Part shown: in pieces, positions 15,093-29,730 of the stretch
Position numbering within the stretch: the stretch's first letter is position 1
How the letters are laid out: every line of letters starts with the position of its first letter
Assembly (NCBI RefSeq): GCF_009914755.1
Contig: NC_060930.1
DNA from: the human T2T-CHM13v2.0 reference genome, Homo sapiens
DNA: 64,000 bases
Strand: one strand, 5' to 3'
The notes under the pieces: generated by a model
Told to the model about the DNA's origin: nothing
Seen by the model: the letters and a program-made list of their open reading frames with translations, nothing else
The model's database searches: none
Translations under genes and position numbers: made by a program

Positions 15093-16459
15093 GAATACAC
15101 ATTGAGCTACAAAATCTAGTAGGGAGTATCCTAATCTTCATGTTCCTACCGCAGGGTCTTTGGTAAATACTCTTTATTCTCTTTCTCATCCCTGTAAGAG
15201 GGATTCAGCATAATGTCACATGGTTTTTGTCTTAAGTACTTCTCTGGAGTAATCTGTTGAGGATTTGAGGCTACATCAGCCTAGCAAAAATCACTTCTGT
15301 GATCAGTTAGCTAGTAAAACTTCCACAGGCCACTTACTAAGTATTTGCCATCCTTGAACCAGTCCAATCTTAAGCTTTTTGCCATTTTATGTTTCTGCTG
15401 TAATTTTAGACTAGTTCATTTTTACTTGAGTTACCAAATCTTCTCAAGTGTTTTTCTCTTCTTTCCCTAGAAAATGGAATCCTAATGGAATTTCTTAACC
15501 CTGAGGCTAACATTTTTGTGTTTTTTTCTTAACTCTCTATAGATCTAGTTTCCTATAACACTATCAATCATTTACCATTTCTCCTCATGACATTGGTTTC
15601 AAAAGTCTCAGCTTAACTTTCTTAATTATGTCATTCCTTCCTTTTTCTCTTTCTTTCAGAGCCTTATAAATAACCTTGATTTAGGTAGGGATCAGAATTT
15701 TAATGTCATTTTTCTCTACCTATTATCAATTAAAATTTTGAATTATATCAAAGCTTTGGACATTTGTTTCCCTCTTTGTTATGATGGTAGAGAAAATGTG
15801 ACATAGACATGATGTTATAGGTATGGTGAAGAGAAGAGTGTGATTACATAATCAGGATGAAATGATACTGTTTTTTTAAATGTCAGTCTCCAGGATGCAG
15901 CAGAAAACTAATTAGATACATGTTTGAGCAAAATAATGTGCAAAGATACTGTGTGGCTTAAAAAGATTAATGAAGTATGTTTATAAGGAAAAAGCTTTCC
16001 TTTGGGTACATTATCAAATTTAGTAAGGCCAAAAAAGCTTGTAGGGGCTTATGTTTTAAGACTGCTTTACTGTAAATTAAGTTTTTCAAATAATTGGTTG
16101 TGTGTTTCAGACAACTGTGTTTATTTTCCGAATTCCAAAATGTCTGCCTTCTTTTTATAGTGTCACATCATAGCTCTTCAACAAAGTAACTTAGCCTTCA
16201 TAAAAATAATACCTGGATGCTCTGGACTGGAGCAGCTGCTCTGTAACCTCAGATTTTAGATCTCGGGAGAAAAAAAGCACTTTTTAGTTACTCTCTGGCC
16301 AGAGGCTAAGTCCTTAATTGTTCTATATCTGTGTATGAATCATTGTCTCTGTGTCACAAAGGTAATGCCATTTTCAGAGATGACATAGTGACAATGTCTC
16401 TTCCTCCGACCCCTGTAATTTCATTTTTTTATGTGTCATATAGTTTTATGTTTCTCATG

Positions 16460-17110
16460 TAATTCATTAATCCAGGAAACATTTATTAAGCCCTTGTGTA
16501 GTTTCTAGATGCTGGGAAAACACATGACTAAAACGTAATTTCTGCTCTTCCCAGAGCTGGCAATACAATGGGGGAACAGAAGTACAAATAACAATAAAAT
16601 GAGAGCTGTGAAAACTCTAGGGATTAATTGTGCCTAGAGTGGGGCAGAGGCAGCTTCTTAACAAAGAAGAGTTTGAATTCACCACATAGGCAGAGCTTCA
16701 CTTGTGAAAAGAACAGCATATGTGAGGGTAAAAGAGAGAACACATGAAGAAATGAACCTTTTTGAGGTAAAGTTTAAGTGGAAGTAAGATTGAAACAGGA
16801 ACTTCTGCTTGCCAAAAGATGGAATTTAATTAGAGTATTAGAATGACAAAGTCATGATTTTTAACTAGATCACTTTTTCAGTAGTGGGGAAGGATTTAAG
16901 GGGAGCAAAATTGGGATAGAGGACATCAGTTTAGGCAAGAGTTAAGCGTCAGAAATGTAGTGGCAGTGGGTTTGGAGAAGACAGAGTGAACTTAAGAGCT
17001 ATTTAGAAGTAAAGATGAAGGGACAAGGAGTAGTCATCGATTATTTAAATTTCTAGCTTTGGTGTCTAGGAAAATAGACGTGCAAACAATGAGAGGGTGA
17101 TGATCACTTA
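16460..17110 (-). mobile_element. L2 remnant
   Basis: aacatttattaagccc...ctagatgctggg; purine-rich L2 body. Confidence 0.5.
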
Positions 17111-17633
17111 GTGAAACTTTGTGATTGCACTAAGCAAGAATAATTATAGGTTTCTTAAGATGGTGTTGTATATCAAATTAAATATTATATAATATTGATT
17201 TTTATGTCTACATAATCTTATTTTTAAAAACCAAATGATAAAAGAATATTAAATATAGGAAACTAGAAGTATTTAACAAAGCTGTGTTTGTGCAGGTTAT
17301 TTTGGTTTACAGATTCTTCACTTATGTTTTAGAAACATGTTTGGCCTCTTGGATACTTAATCCTTTGCTGATAAAGTCAGATTATGGTAAATTTTAAATT
17401 GGCCTGTTTTGGAGTTCATCAAATCATTTAAACATTATAATTATATTTGTAATGAAAATTATTAAATTTACATAAAAAATATCGAGAAAAATTCTCTTGC
17501 GTGTTCCAAAGTTAGAAAATTAGCTTGTGGCAGGCTTAGTTTAGTTTCGTTTACCCAAACAATTGTACTGTTTGAATTCAAATTTTTCTCATTACTACTC
17601 TTAGAGTAAGTGACTTGGAAAAAAAGAAGGAAA

Positions 17634-17834
17634 CCAGCCTGGGCAACATAGGGAGACCCTGTCTCTACAAATAATAAAAAAATTAGCTGAGTGTGGTGGC
17701 ACGTACCTGTAGTCACAGCTAGTTTGGAGGCTGAGGTGAGAAGATCACTTGAGCTAAGGTGTTTGAGATTAGAGTGAGCTATGAGCATGCCACTGAACTC
17801 CGGCCTAGGTGACAGAATGAGACCTTGTCTCCCC

Positions 17835-17862
<28 letters not shown>
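17634..17862 (+). mobile_element. 5'-truncated AluJ
   Basis: partial left arm, right arm, long poly(A). Confidence 0.87.
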
Positions 17863-17865
<3 letters not shown>

Positions 17866-18122
17866 AATTGTGAGTATGTGAGTGGTTAGGCACAGGAAGG
17901 GCTTCTGTTACCTTAGTAGAACAAAATAAAGTGAAGAGGATATTGATACACTTGATGAAGTGGTCCATATGTGGAGATCCTGCTGAGGAGTGAAAAATAA
18001 ATAAGAGAAGAGTAATCCAGGATATAATTATTGGTTTAGTCTTATGTTCTGATTATTTTTTTGCTGAAACACTAGCTTATTTTAACTAAAACTTAAAGTT
18101 TATTTTTTTCTCCTTCCTTTAG

Positions 18123-18268
18123 AACGTATAATGAAGAAAACAGAAGAGTCCGAATCACAAGTGGAGCCTGAAATTAAGAGGAAAGTACAACAGAAACGGC
18201 ACTGTAGTACCTATCAGCCTACTCCTCCTCTATCTCCTGCTTCAAAAAAATGTTTAACCCATTTAGAG
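18123..18268 (+). CDS. SENP6: SENP6 exon 8, 146 nt, [49 protein letters not shown]
   Basis: long polypyrimidine tract + AG; GAG|GTAAGT donor; phase 1 to phase 0. Confidence 0.97.
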
Positions 18269-18519
18269 GTAAGTAGAGAAATTATTCTTTGTTGCTAATC
18301 AGATTGTGTTTTGATTAATATTAGTTTCAGTACTTATTAAATTCTAGGTGATCTTTTATCATAGGACCAGAAGAGACTTGGAAAACTTATTTAGGCAGCT
18401 TTTTCTGCCTTCAGTAGACCATTTTTATGCTTGTTCAAAATATAGAATTTATTTTTCTGTAAAGAATTTATCAGTGCTTCCCTGCAACATACTTCAAATG
18501 ATTGCTCTCTGCCAGAATT

Positions 18520-20140
18520 TTTTTCAAATAATTTTAAGAAGCCAAAAAGTTACAAAAAATAGTAGAAGAAAATCTATATATTTATCTCCCAGATTCCTTG
18601 TTGTTCACATTTGCTTTATTGTCCTCACTCTCTATGCCTTTTTCCCTCCTTCCTCCTGCCTACCCATAAACGTGTGTATATGTATTTTTTTGTACTATTT
18701 GAGTTGAAGTTGCAAGCATGATGCCCATTTACCATTTAATATTTAAGTATGTGTGTTTTTGGTTTTTTATAATCAGAATACATCTGTCAAAATCTCAAAG
18801 TTAACATTGATCTAAAATTACCATTTAATCCACAAGTCCCATTCAAATTTCAGCTAAATAATGTCCTTTATGCTTATAGAATTGAATTCAGGGTCATGTG
18901 CTGCATTGAATTGCTGCGAATCTTTAGTCTCTTTCAATAGAAATAATTTCACAGTCTTATCTTTTTCATAATCTTGGCATTTGTTGAGGAGTATAGGACA
19001 CTTACTTTGTGCCTCAAATTGGGTTTGTCTGATGTTTGTAAATGATGTGTGTAGTTTTCAAGAATGCTTCAGAAATGATGCTGTAATCTTACTGCATTAC
19101 ATCAGGAGACATACGATGTTGATTTTCACGTTAATGATATTTTACCTTAGTTAAGATGTTCTAGATTTCTTCACTGCAATGTCAGTTAATAGGTATTTGA
19201 CTAATTCATTAATAAGATTTCTAACATGAGCTAGAAGTATTTCTTATTCCATATTTATATATTCATTTATATCAGCATGTACATATGAATACTTTACTTA
19301 AAAGGGTTATAGTCTGTAACTTTCATGATGTTTCATGACTTACCTTGATGCTTCAATTGTCCCAGATTCCATGTGAGTCCCTTCAAGCTGGCCTCTGTTT
19401 TTTCTGACATGTCCCTATCATTCTTTGAAGACATTCATGACATTCACTTCTCTGCTTTTTAGTATAACAAGATGGTCTTAACTTATCTTGTATTTCTTTT
19501 TTTTTTTCCCCGAGATGGAGTCTTGCTCTGTCACCCAGGCTGGAGTTGAGTGGAGCGATCTCGGCTCACTGTAGCCTCCACCTCCCGGTTCAAGCAGTTC
19601 TTCTGTCTCAGCCTCCTGAGTATCTGGGACTACAGGCATCTGCCACCATACCCGGCTTATTTTTGTATTTTAGTAGAGATGGCGTTTCACCATGTTGGCC
19701 AGGCTGGTCTTGAACTCCTGACCTCACGTGGTCCACCCACCTCAGCCTTCCAAAGTGCTGGGATTACAGGTGTGAGCCACCGCGCCTGGCCATTATTTTG
19801 TATTTCTGTCTCAGCCCTAGAGTCATTCATTTCTCTGAGGAGCCATGCATACAAGGAGAAGGAAATATCTTCTCCTTTAAGTGGAGGGAACATATTTGGG
19901 CACTAGTTATGTTCATTCACATGGGTATTATTGTTTCTCGGCCTTCTCAGTGGACAAAGCTAAGAAATACATGTGTGTGTATTAATATTTAATCTATATT
20001 AGAATCCATAAGTTCACACTGATAACTCTAATTCCAGTCCAACACTGAGTTTATTTAATTTTTCCCACGTTGCATGTTTGTAACTCCCTTCTCCAGAGGT
20101 AAGTAACTTGACTCCCATCACCCCTGGTGTATTTACCTGT
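18520..20140 (-). mobile_element. L1MC-like remnant with inserted Alu
   Basis: gttgcaagcatgatgcccatttacc...tttgggtttgtctgatg motifs. Confidence 0.55.
19494..19791 (-). mobile_element. AluS
   Basis: full dimer; TSD ttat(c/t)ttgtatttct. Confidence 0.9.
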
Positions 20141-20309
20141 TAGCTTAGTTTTTCTTTATGTGATAATGTCCTGCCATGCCAACCTAAGTTTGGCTCAGGC
20201 CATGCTGATATCACCTACTGCTTAGCCTAGGTAAAGGAGGAGGAAAGCTCCTCCCTAAATACAACATCTTTTGTCCACTGGACATGCCCACTGAAAACCT
20301 CTGTTTGTT

Positions 20310-20425
20310 TGTTTTTAAAGTTCAGGGGTACATGTACAGGATGTGCAGGTTTGTTACATAGGTAAACGTGTGCCGTGGTGGTTGCTGCACAGATCATCAC
20401 ATCACCTAGGTATTAAACACAGCAA
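20310..20425 (-). mobile_element. Short L1PA/PB 3'-end fragment
   Basis: ttcaggggtacatgt...gtgcaggtttgttacataggtaaacgtgtgcc. Confidence 0.8.
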
Positions 20426-20554
20426 TAATTGTTTTTTAATAGAAGTCTTCCTTCTTTTACTCTATTCCTATGCCAATTGTTCTTACTTTCTTCTTAGTGG
20501 AGATAAAGAATTGTAGCCAGCCTCTATGTAAACTTTAATTCCTAGACAAGGTTA

Positions 20555-21032
<478 letters not shown>

Positions 21033-22081
21033 TTATTTATGGGTAGAGTCTTGCAGATAGTATGTGATATGTAATTTGGAATTATTTAATTTTGTAAAAC
21101 GCCTTCCACTTCTACTGACCAAAGCAGGGAATGAGATTTTAATCAGTTTTTTTTTTCTCTTCAATTTTTTTTGTTTGGAGAGATTGGATGTCGCTATGTT
21201 GCCCAGGCTGGTCTTGAACTCTTGGCCCTAAAGAGTCCTACTGCGTCAGCCTCCCAATGTGTTGGGCTTACAGACCTGAGCCACCATGTCCAGGTTTAGT
21301 CAGTTTTTGTTTTCCAAAAGAAACTACACTTAACATAAAATTTTTATGAAAATTTATTTACAGTATTCTCTACTAAAACAGAGCAGTATTGAGATTCTAG
21401 TTTTTAGAGAGTTAGGTTAATAAAATGTTAATCTCTAGTTTTTATCATGAAAATTTTTTTTATCTTATTCAGCATAGTGTATCTGCATTTTGTTCGTAAT
21501 TCTCACAGAGTTCCAAGATAAATGTTTCTTAGCTGATGGAAGGCATATGGTAATAGCTCAGAACATACTTCTGTTCATATTTTAATATTGGGGATTTTAA
21601 TAGTAGGAATGTGTTTTTTCTGTTTTAGTATCAATTTTATGAGAGGAAACAGCACTTTTCCATGGAATTCTTTTCATTTAGATTTGCCCTCTTTACCTTT
21701 ATTATAGATACTAAAGTAATGGAGCCAGTCAGTACTCAGCTTGATCATATCCTCAGATTCTTGGAGACAGAATTATTTTATATATAGCTGACTGCTAGAC
21801 TAGATAGTCTTGAAAATTTCTTCCAGCATTTTGATATTAAATCCCGACTAACATTACTTATTTAGGCTCTCATGGTAGCCATGATGGTAATGATGGGGAA
21901 GAGAGGGACTTAATTTTGAGACTTGGAGGGGATTCCTTAATGATGCAGTAAAATGCCAAAATCTTTTATTTCTTTTGTTCTTTTGGAACTTAAAGTTTAT
22001 GAACACCGTGAATGTTCAAAATGTGGAAAGGAAAAAGAAAATCAGACCAAATGCCAAAGTTGTGGTGTTCTTTTTTCTAAG

Positions 22082-22379
22082 GATTTGCAAAGAAATTGCA
22101 GACAAGCTATTACTTTGAATGAGTCTACTGGACCATTATTAAGAACGTCAATTCATCAGAATTCTGGAGGACAGAAGTCACAAAACACAGGATTAACAAC
22201 CAAGAAGTTTTATGGCAACAATGTGGAAAAGGTTCCAATTGATATTATTGTGAATTGTGATGACAGTAAACACACTTATTTACAGACTAATGGAAAAGTC
22301 ATTTTACCTGGGGCAAAAATACCCAAAATCACAAACTTGAAAGAAAGGAAAACAAGTTTGTCAGACCTAAATGATCCAA
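22082..22379 (+). CDS. SENP6: SENP6 exon 9, 298 nt, DLQRNCRQ...SLSDLNDP(I)
   Basis: ttcttttttctaAG acceptor; CAA|GTAAGT donor; lies within ORF 21953..22525; matches recalled human SENP6. Confidence 0.95.
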
Positions 22380-23866
22380 GTAAGTATTTTACTCCCTTTA
22401 ATATTGCTTATATCAATCCAGTATTTTTCAGATATATTTTTACAACCACTCTCCCCAACCCCATATATATTTTTAATATAAATGTGAGCTTAAAACTAAT
22501 CTTGTTCTCATCCTGTCCATCTTAAATAGTTAAAAAAAACAAAAAAAAGAACCACAGAACTTGACCCTAGTCTTAGATGAAGTGCTAGTTATAACCAGCA
22601 TTCTGACTTCGGCCAGGTTAATTTAATCTTTCTGATCTGTAAATGGGTAGATTTCCTGCTGATAGTGGTTTTTTTTTTTGTGGGGGGGGGGGGGTGCCTA
22701 AAATAACATAAAATATGCATAGCCCAATAAAATATTTGACATACAGTATCCTTACCACATTTGTTCCTAACTCTATATCCTGTCTTTTTACTCTTATGTG
22801 TATGTGTATGGCATGCAGTCCTTGTTTATAATAAATAGCAAAAGATTAGAAATTATTGGGGACTGGTTGACTAGAGTATACAGCGTGTATACTCTAAAGG
22901 AGTGAAAGATCTGATAAACTGTGTAATTTCCAAGATCCTTAATTAAGTGAATAATGCAAGCTACAGATAAGAGTGTATACTGTGGAGAATGAACATAATT
23001 TCTTCTAAAAAATAGAAATTGGGCACAGTGGTGTCCCAACTACTCAGGAGACTGAGATGAGAGAATTGCTTGAGTCTAGGAGTTGAAGTGTAGCCAGGGC
23101 AATATAGTAGGACCCTGTTGCTAAAAAAAAAAAACAATAATAATAATTATAAACAGAACACTAGGCTTTCCTTTTAATATATACTTGTGTAGTTTTTCAT
23201 TAAAAATATAGTTCATGGGCCTTTTTAAAAAATCTATATACATGTACACACATACGTCTGTATGTATATATATATACATCTATATATGTCAGGTACTGTG
23301 CTAAGCATTTTACATACCATTTGTTCTTGCAACGATTCTGTGAAATAGATACCCTTATTGTCCCTAATTCTACAGAGAAGAGAAATTGAGCCAAATAACC
23401 AGTAAGTGGCAAAACCCCACCTCTCAAATGCTATATATGTAAATCTGTTTAGATCGTCTAATCTGGCCTGTTAGGTTTTCTGCTAATAAAAGACCAGTGT
23501 TGAAAGAGAAACCATGCTCAATATTTGTTCCTGAGACTGGACAGTAAAATTAAAAAGACAGGTAGAGAAATACTGAGATGATACTTCTCTGGGACATGTA
23601 CATTACTCAGTAAAAATTAAGCATTTATGTTTGAAATACTAATAAAGTCAACGCATGACTTTTGAATGCTTTTTCTGTGTCAGGCTGTTTCAGGCCTGGG
23701 GATATAGCAGTGAATAAGACACTGTCCCTGTTCTCTTATAGTTTATGTGTAGCAGGGAGAAACAGATAAACAAGTGAACATCCGCAACAAGGAACAACAG
23801 AAAATTTAAATCAGTTAATTTGACTGTGTGTGTGCTTACTTTATTGGGTTATCAAAGTGATATTTA

Positions 23867-24246
<380 letters not shown>

Positions 24247-24606
24247 TCAGGGACAGAAATACTGGCTAGTGTGCCTGGAGGATAAAGAGACAAAAACAGA
24301 ATATTATGAGAAAATTGGATAAATAGGCAGGGGCCAGATTATGTAAATTTACAAACCATAGCAAGGAGTTTGTATTTGACTCAAATACAATGTGAGTGGC
24401 TTTGTGGAATTAAGATATAGAGATAGATTTGCTACGATTCAGTAATGAGTACAAGGTATAAGAGCAAATTACCATCATAGTGTCTTTTCTTGCTCACGTC
24501 CATTTACTCAACAAGACTTATTGAACATAAGGCACTGGTCCAGATTTTTCCAAGGACCAGTTAAGATTTTAGTAGCTTCCTGTGTGAGATAAAATTACTT
24601 GGCTAC

Positions 24607-24889
24607 AGCCAGGTGCGGTGGCTCACGCCTGTAATCCCAACATTTTGGGAGGCTGAGGCAGGCGGATCACCTGAGGTCGGGAGTTCGAGACCAGCCTGGC
24701 CAACATGGAGAAACCCCATCTCTACTAAAAATACAAAAATTAGCTGGGTGTAGTGGTGCACACATGTAATCCCAGGTGCTGGGGAGGCTGAGGCAGGAGA
24801 ATCACTTGAACCCAGGAGGCGGAGTTGCAGTGAGACAAGATCGCGCACTGTACTCCAGCCTGGGTGACAGAATGAGATTCCATCTCAAA
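24607..24889 (+). mobile_element. AluSp-like whose tail expanded into an AT minisatellite
   Basis: TSD tacttg(g/a)ctaca brackets Alu plus repeat. Confidence 0.9.
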
Positions 24890-25127
24890 ATATATATATA
24901 TTTTATATATATATGATATATAAAACGTATATATGATATATATAAAACGTATATATGATATATATAAAATGTATATATGATATATATAAAACGTATATAT
25001 GATATATATAAAACATATATGATATATATATAAAACGTATATATGATATATATAAGTATGATATATATAAAATATGATATATAAAATATATATACGATAT
25101 ATATAAAATATATATTATATATATATA
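24890..25127. repeat. AT-rich minisatellite, ~22-bp unit TATATATGATATATATAAAACG
   Basis: unit visibly repeated about 6 times, then degenerating. Confidence 0.92.
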
Positions 25128-25551
25128 CTTGACTACATGGAGTTTCACACATATTTACAATGCATTCTATTTTGTGAACAAGTTGTATGCAAATTATTTT
25201 TTACACCTTAAATTTTTTGGGACTCTGAAATAGACCTACTGTTCTTCTTGTAACTTGCTGATATTGCTGTTTGGGTGAGTGGTGATGGACTGTAAAATCA
25301 AATTTTATATTTGTATCATATTTTTTAAAAGATACCAAGTCTTAATGCTTTCTTCAGATTTAACTTTTTATCAGATAGAGTGGATTGTATCTTCATTCAT
25401 TTTTATTAATTTTAGATCTGGAGGAGGTCCAAAGCAAATTTAGGATATTTTCCACTTTGGTAATTTATTTGCATTTTTAATGGACAGAAATGAAATATAA
25501 AATTATAACTATAGTTTTAATATAAATTATAAATTATTAAAATACTTTTAG

Positions 25552-25781
25552 TCATTTTGTCCAGTGATGATGATGATGACAACGACAGAACTAACAGAAG
25601 AGAAAGCATATCTCCTCAGCCTGCTGATTCAGCATGTTCTTCCCCTGCACCATCCACTGGAAAAGTAGAAGCAGCACTAAATGAAAATACTTGCAGAGCA
25701 GAGCGTGAACTACGAAGCATTCCAGAAGACTCAGAGTTAAATACAGTTACATTGCCAAGAAAAGCAAGAATGAAAGACCAG
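25552..25781 (+). CDS. SENP6: SENP6 exon 10, 230 nt, (I)[13 protein letters not shown]...RKARMKDQ; SIM-like core plus acidic stretch
   Basis: ttttAG acceptor; CAG|GTACTT donor; ORF 25557..25817. Confidence 0.96.
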
Positions 25782-27907
25782 GTACTTTTCACTTTTGTTG
25801 ACATTTGTTCAGATTAATGCCTCCATTTTGGGGTGTAAATTTTTTTTAGAAGGCAGTTTGGTAGTGCCAAGAAAAAATGATGGATTATTAAGTGGGGCTT
25901 AAATACCACATGGGAGATTATTTGGAAGAACATTAAGCCATATACAAAAATAAGTTTCAATTAAACTTAAGGCTTGAAGTATAAAAAATTCAACAAGAAA
26001 ACACAGTATCAACCTTAAAATAAAATGTCAGTATGTACAAAAATTTCTTATAAAATCTAGCAGAGGAGAGAAGTCATTTTGACAGAGATATATTTTACTG
26101 TAATACTATGTTTCATTATGTTTTATATTTTACTATAAAAATTTCAAAAAGTTCACGTGGAAAAAGGTAATATGAACGACGTCAATAGACAGTGTATCTA
26201 GGACAACTATTTGTAATGCAGATGACATAGTATTTTAATGTCTGTAATAGACTGAGAACTCTTAAAAATTACAGGATAAAAACAAAATGAACAAAGGATA
26301 AGAATGGACAAAAAGAAAATTCATGTAGTAAACTACCACATGAAAAGTGAAAATTAAGGAAAATGAAATATAACTGTATTCAATGGACTTTAAAAATTGT
26401 TAAAAAATCAATTAATATGTGCTGTTGTCAAGAATCCAAGGGAAAGGACACTTTCCCAATTTGCTGATGGAAAAGAAAGTTACTATGATCTTTTGGGAAA
26501 GAAATGTAAAAATGACCATTAAAAAATTTTTAATGTGTACTATTTGACCAAATAATTAATTCCTTAGACTCCATCTTCCCCAGTACGTAAGGCTTTATAT
26601 GCAAACATGATTATTGGCAAACAAAATCGTTGCCTGTTAATATGGATATGGCTGAAAAAGTTAAGGTATATCCATATGATGCAGCCATTGAAAATAAAAA
26701 TTAGAACTTATATCAGTGACTTTTAGGAGTTCTGCATGGTACTGTTATGTGAGAGTACCAAAATAAGGAAATATGTGTATATTACTTTAGTATGAATGTT
26801 TTTATAAAATAATAAACTTGTATGTTAAATTCTATATGTATGTGTTTATACATGTCAGTGTTCATAGGAGTACAGATACAAATATGGGAACATATATACT
26901 TGGTTATTAAGATGGGAACCTTAAAAAATGAAAAACAACAAAAGCAATCATAAGGATAATAGAAAAATATATGGATTTACTTATTTACTTACTTATTTAA
27001 AGGGGGGATCTTGCTCTGTCACCCAGGCTGGCATTACAGGTGCAAGCCGCTGCACCCGGCTGGATTAATATTTTTATATAATCTTACAGAATGCCTTTCC
27101 CACATGGTAGCACGAGCAAAAATAGTAAATGAAAAGATGAATATATTTGATTAAATGAAAAGTAGAACAGTGTAGCAAAACACTCTAAACACAATTTGAT
27201 AGGTAGATGCAAATGGAAAAATAGTAAGCTATGTGACAAAGTGTAAAGTGGTCCTTTATATATTTTTAATTTTTAAAAAATAAAGAAACAGAGGCAAACC
27301 ATAGGGAAATAAGGAAAGGAAATGAATAGAATTCAAAAAAAATAGTAATCCAAGTAGTGAAAATGAAATTAAAATACCTTTTGTGAACTTCAGATTGCTG
27401 AAAAATTTAAAACTATGATATTGTCTCAATCTTGATCAGTGTTTGGAGAAGTGGAATGTTGAATGTATAAGTTGGTGTAACTGTTGAGGGCAGTTTGGCA
27501 GTAATTCTAAATGTGTACCACAACTGGCTGGACTGCAAAAATGCTCTTTGAAGAATAGTTTGCTATCGCAAGAGATTGGAAAGAACTTAGATGTCCAGCA
27601 TATGAGTTCAGTTAAATTAATGATGAATTTCCATGTAATGGAATTTTCAGATGAGCGGTTTTCAGACTGGCACACTGAATCATAAGGGTACCTCAGTGTG
27701 TACTGTCTTTGATGATGCTCCATGGAGGGTGTGGACCATTCATATTCTAGACTAAATCCTTTATTGTAGATTCAGCTGGAGCAGCTCTTTCCTGTTTTAT
27801 TAGTGAGCTAAATAACCTCTCATTTGAAGATATAACTCTACAGCTAAAAACAAAACAAAACACTTTTAAACCTCTCTAACAGGTTTCTTTAATAATAAGG
27901 GAAAATA

Positions 27908-28210
27908 GGCCGGATGCGGTGGCTCACACCTGTAATCCCAGCACTTTCGGAGACTGAGGTGGGCAGATTGCCTGAGGTCAGGAGTTCGAGACCAGTCTGG
28001 CCAACATGGTGAAACTCTGTCTCTACTAAAAATACAAAAAAATTAGCCAGGCGTGGTGGTGTGTGCCTATAATCCCAGCTACTTGGGAGGCTGACGCAGG
28101 AGAATTGCTTGAACCCCCTAGGGAGGTGGAGGTTGCGGTGAGCTGAGATCATGCCACTGCACTCCAGCCTGTGCGACAGAGCGAGACTCCATCTCAAAAA
28201 ATAATAATAA
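27908..28210 (+). mobile_element. AluS
   Basis: TSD aataataa(g/t)ggaaaata. Confidence 0.9.
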
Positions 28211-28777
28211 TGGAAAATATTAATGATAAATCTGTTAATAAGCCTGAAAAAGCAGTTTACAAAATCATATGATCATATTTTGTTTAAAATACATTTTTTT
28301 TTTCCTGTGACATAGATGGTAGAAATACCTTTAGAAGGATAATGGGAATGGTGGACATTCTTTTCCCTTATTTTCTGTCAAGATATTGTTTTATTCTTGT
28401 GATGATAATAAAGATACTAATATAATTACTTGTAATTAAAATTACATACCTATATGAAGTGTTTATGATAAATTTCTATTTGGAAGTGACTGGAATCATA
28501 ATTTAACAGATGAAAATAGTTTAAAATATGTAAATATATAAGGAAGGGTTATTTTGTAATGCAAATAACAATTCTCCTAAATTGCTTGCTTTCTAAAGAA
28601 TTACTGATTTAATTCAAGTATCACTGCCACTATAACTAGCAGCATTTTACTGTGCATGAAGCAATCTGCTAAACTGCTTTTTATGCATTAACTCAGTTGA
28701 GTGGGTACTCTTACTCTGCATATTTTAGAGTTTAGGGAACCAAAACTTACGTAAGTTATTAAGTTTTACAAGATCAG

Positions 28778-29085
<308 letters not shown>

Positions 29086-29391
29086 AAGATCACATCTTTA
29101 AAAGGTGGTGTGGCTGTTTGAATCCAGGCAGTCTGATTCCCAGAGTACTATTCCTGACTGCCATACTATTACTCAAATTTAAATAACAACCAAAGTATAG
29201 CTAAATAAGATACAAGGATTTACTGTTATATAAAAACCATGAATTTTAATTTTATCTAACACTGTTGAAGGGAAATCCATTTTATGTTGTGATATTTACA
29301 TTTCTTATATTGGGTCTTTGCATATGTTTATACTTAGCTTGCAGCCTTATTTTAGTAAATTATTAAGTGAACATTTTCTTTTCCTTTTTAG

Positions 29392-29559
29392 TTTGGCAAT
29401 TCTATTATCAACACACCTCTGAAACGTCGTAAAGTGTTTTCTCAAGAACCTCCAGATGCTTTAGCTTTAAGCTGCCAAAGTTCCTTTGACAGTGTCATTT
29501 TAAACTGTCGAAGTATACGAGTAGGAACACTCTTCCGGCTGTTAATAGAGCCTGTAATT
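29392..29559 (+). CDS. SENP6: SENP6 exon 11, 168 nt, [15 protein letters not shown]...LLIEPVI (NLS-like PLKRRKV)
   Basis: polypyrimidine + AG; ATT|GTAAGT; open frame, phase 0-0. Confidence 0.96.
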
Positions 29560-29730
29560 GTAAGTACATCTTAAGCTCTTTACTATACCAATTATAACAT
29601 TAAAAATTCCGTTGCTAAAGCTAATATATAATATTTAAAATTTATAAGTTAAAATATTTAATAGAATATCAGTTAGTTCAAGATTTCACATTGCTTTAAG
29701 AGTATATAAATAGTAGCTCCTTGCCATTAA

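Noticed and set aside
20236-20254. GGAGGAG-gaaag-CTCCTCC hairpin
   Set aside because: A 7-bp stem is expected by chance in 64 kb
21953-22525. 190-aa ORF as a stand-alone gene
   Set aside because: It is SENP6 exon 9 plus intronic read-through; its N-terminus is a translated polypyrimidine tract
22668-22694. Poly(T) next to a G13 run
   Set aside because: Simple homopolymer with no evidence of function
24802-25152. Tyr/Ile-rich ORFs
   Set aside because: Translation of the AT minisatellite
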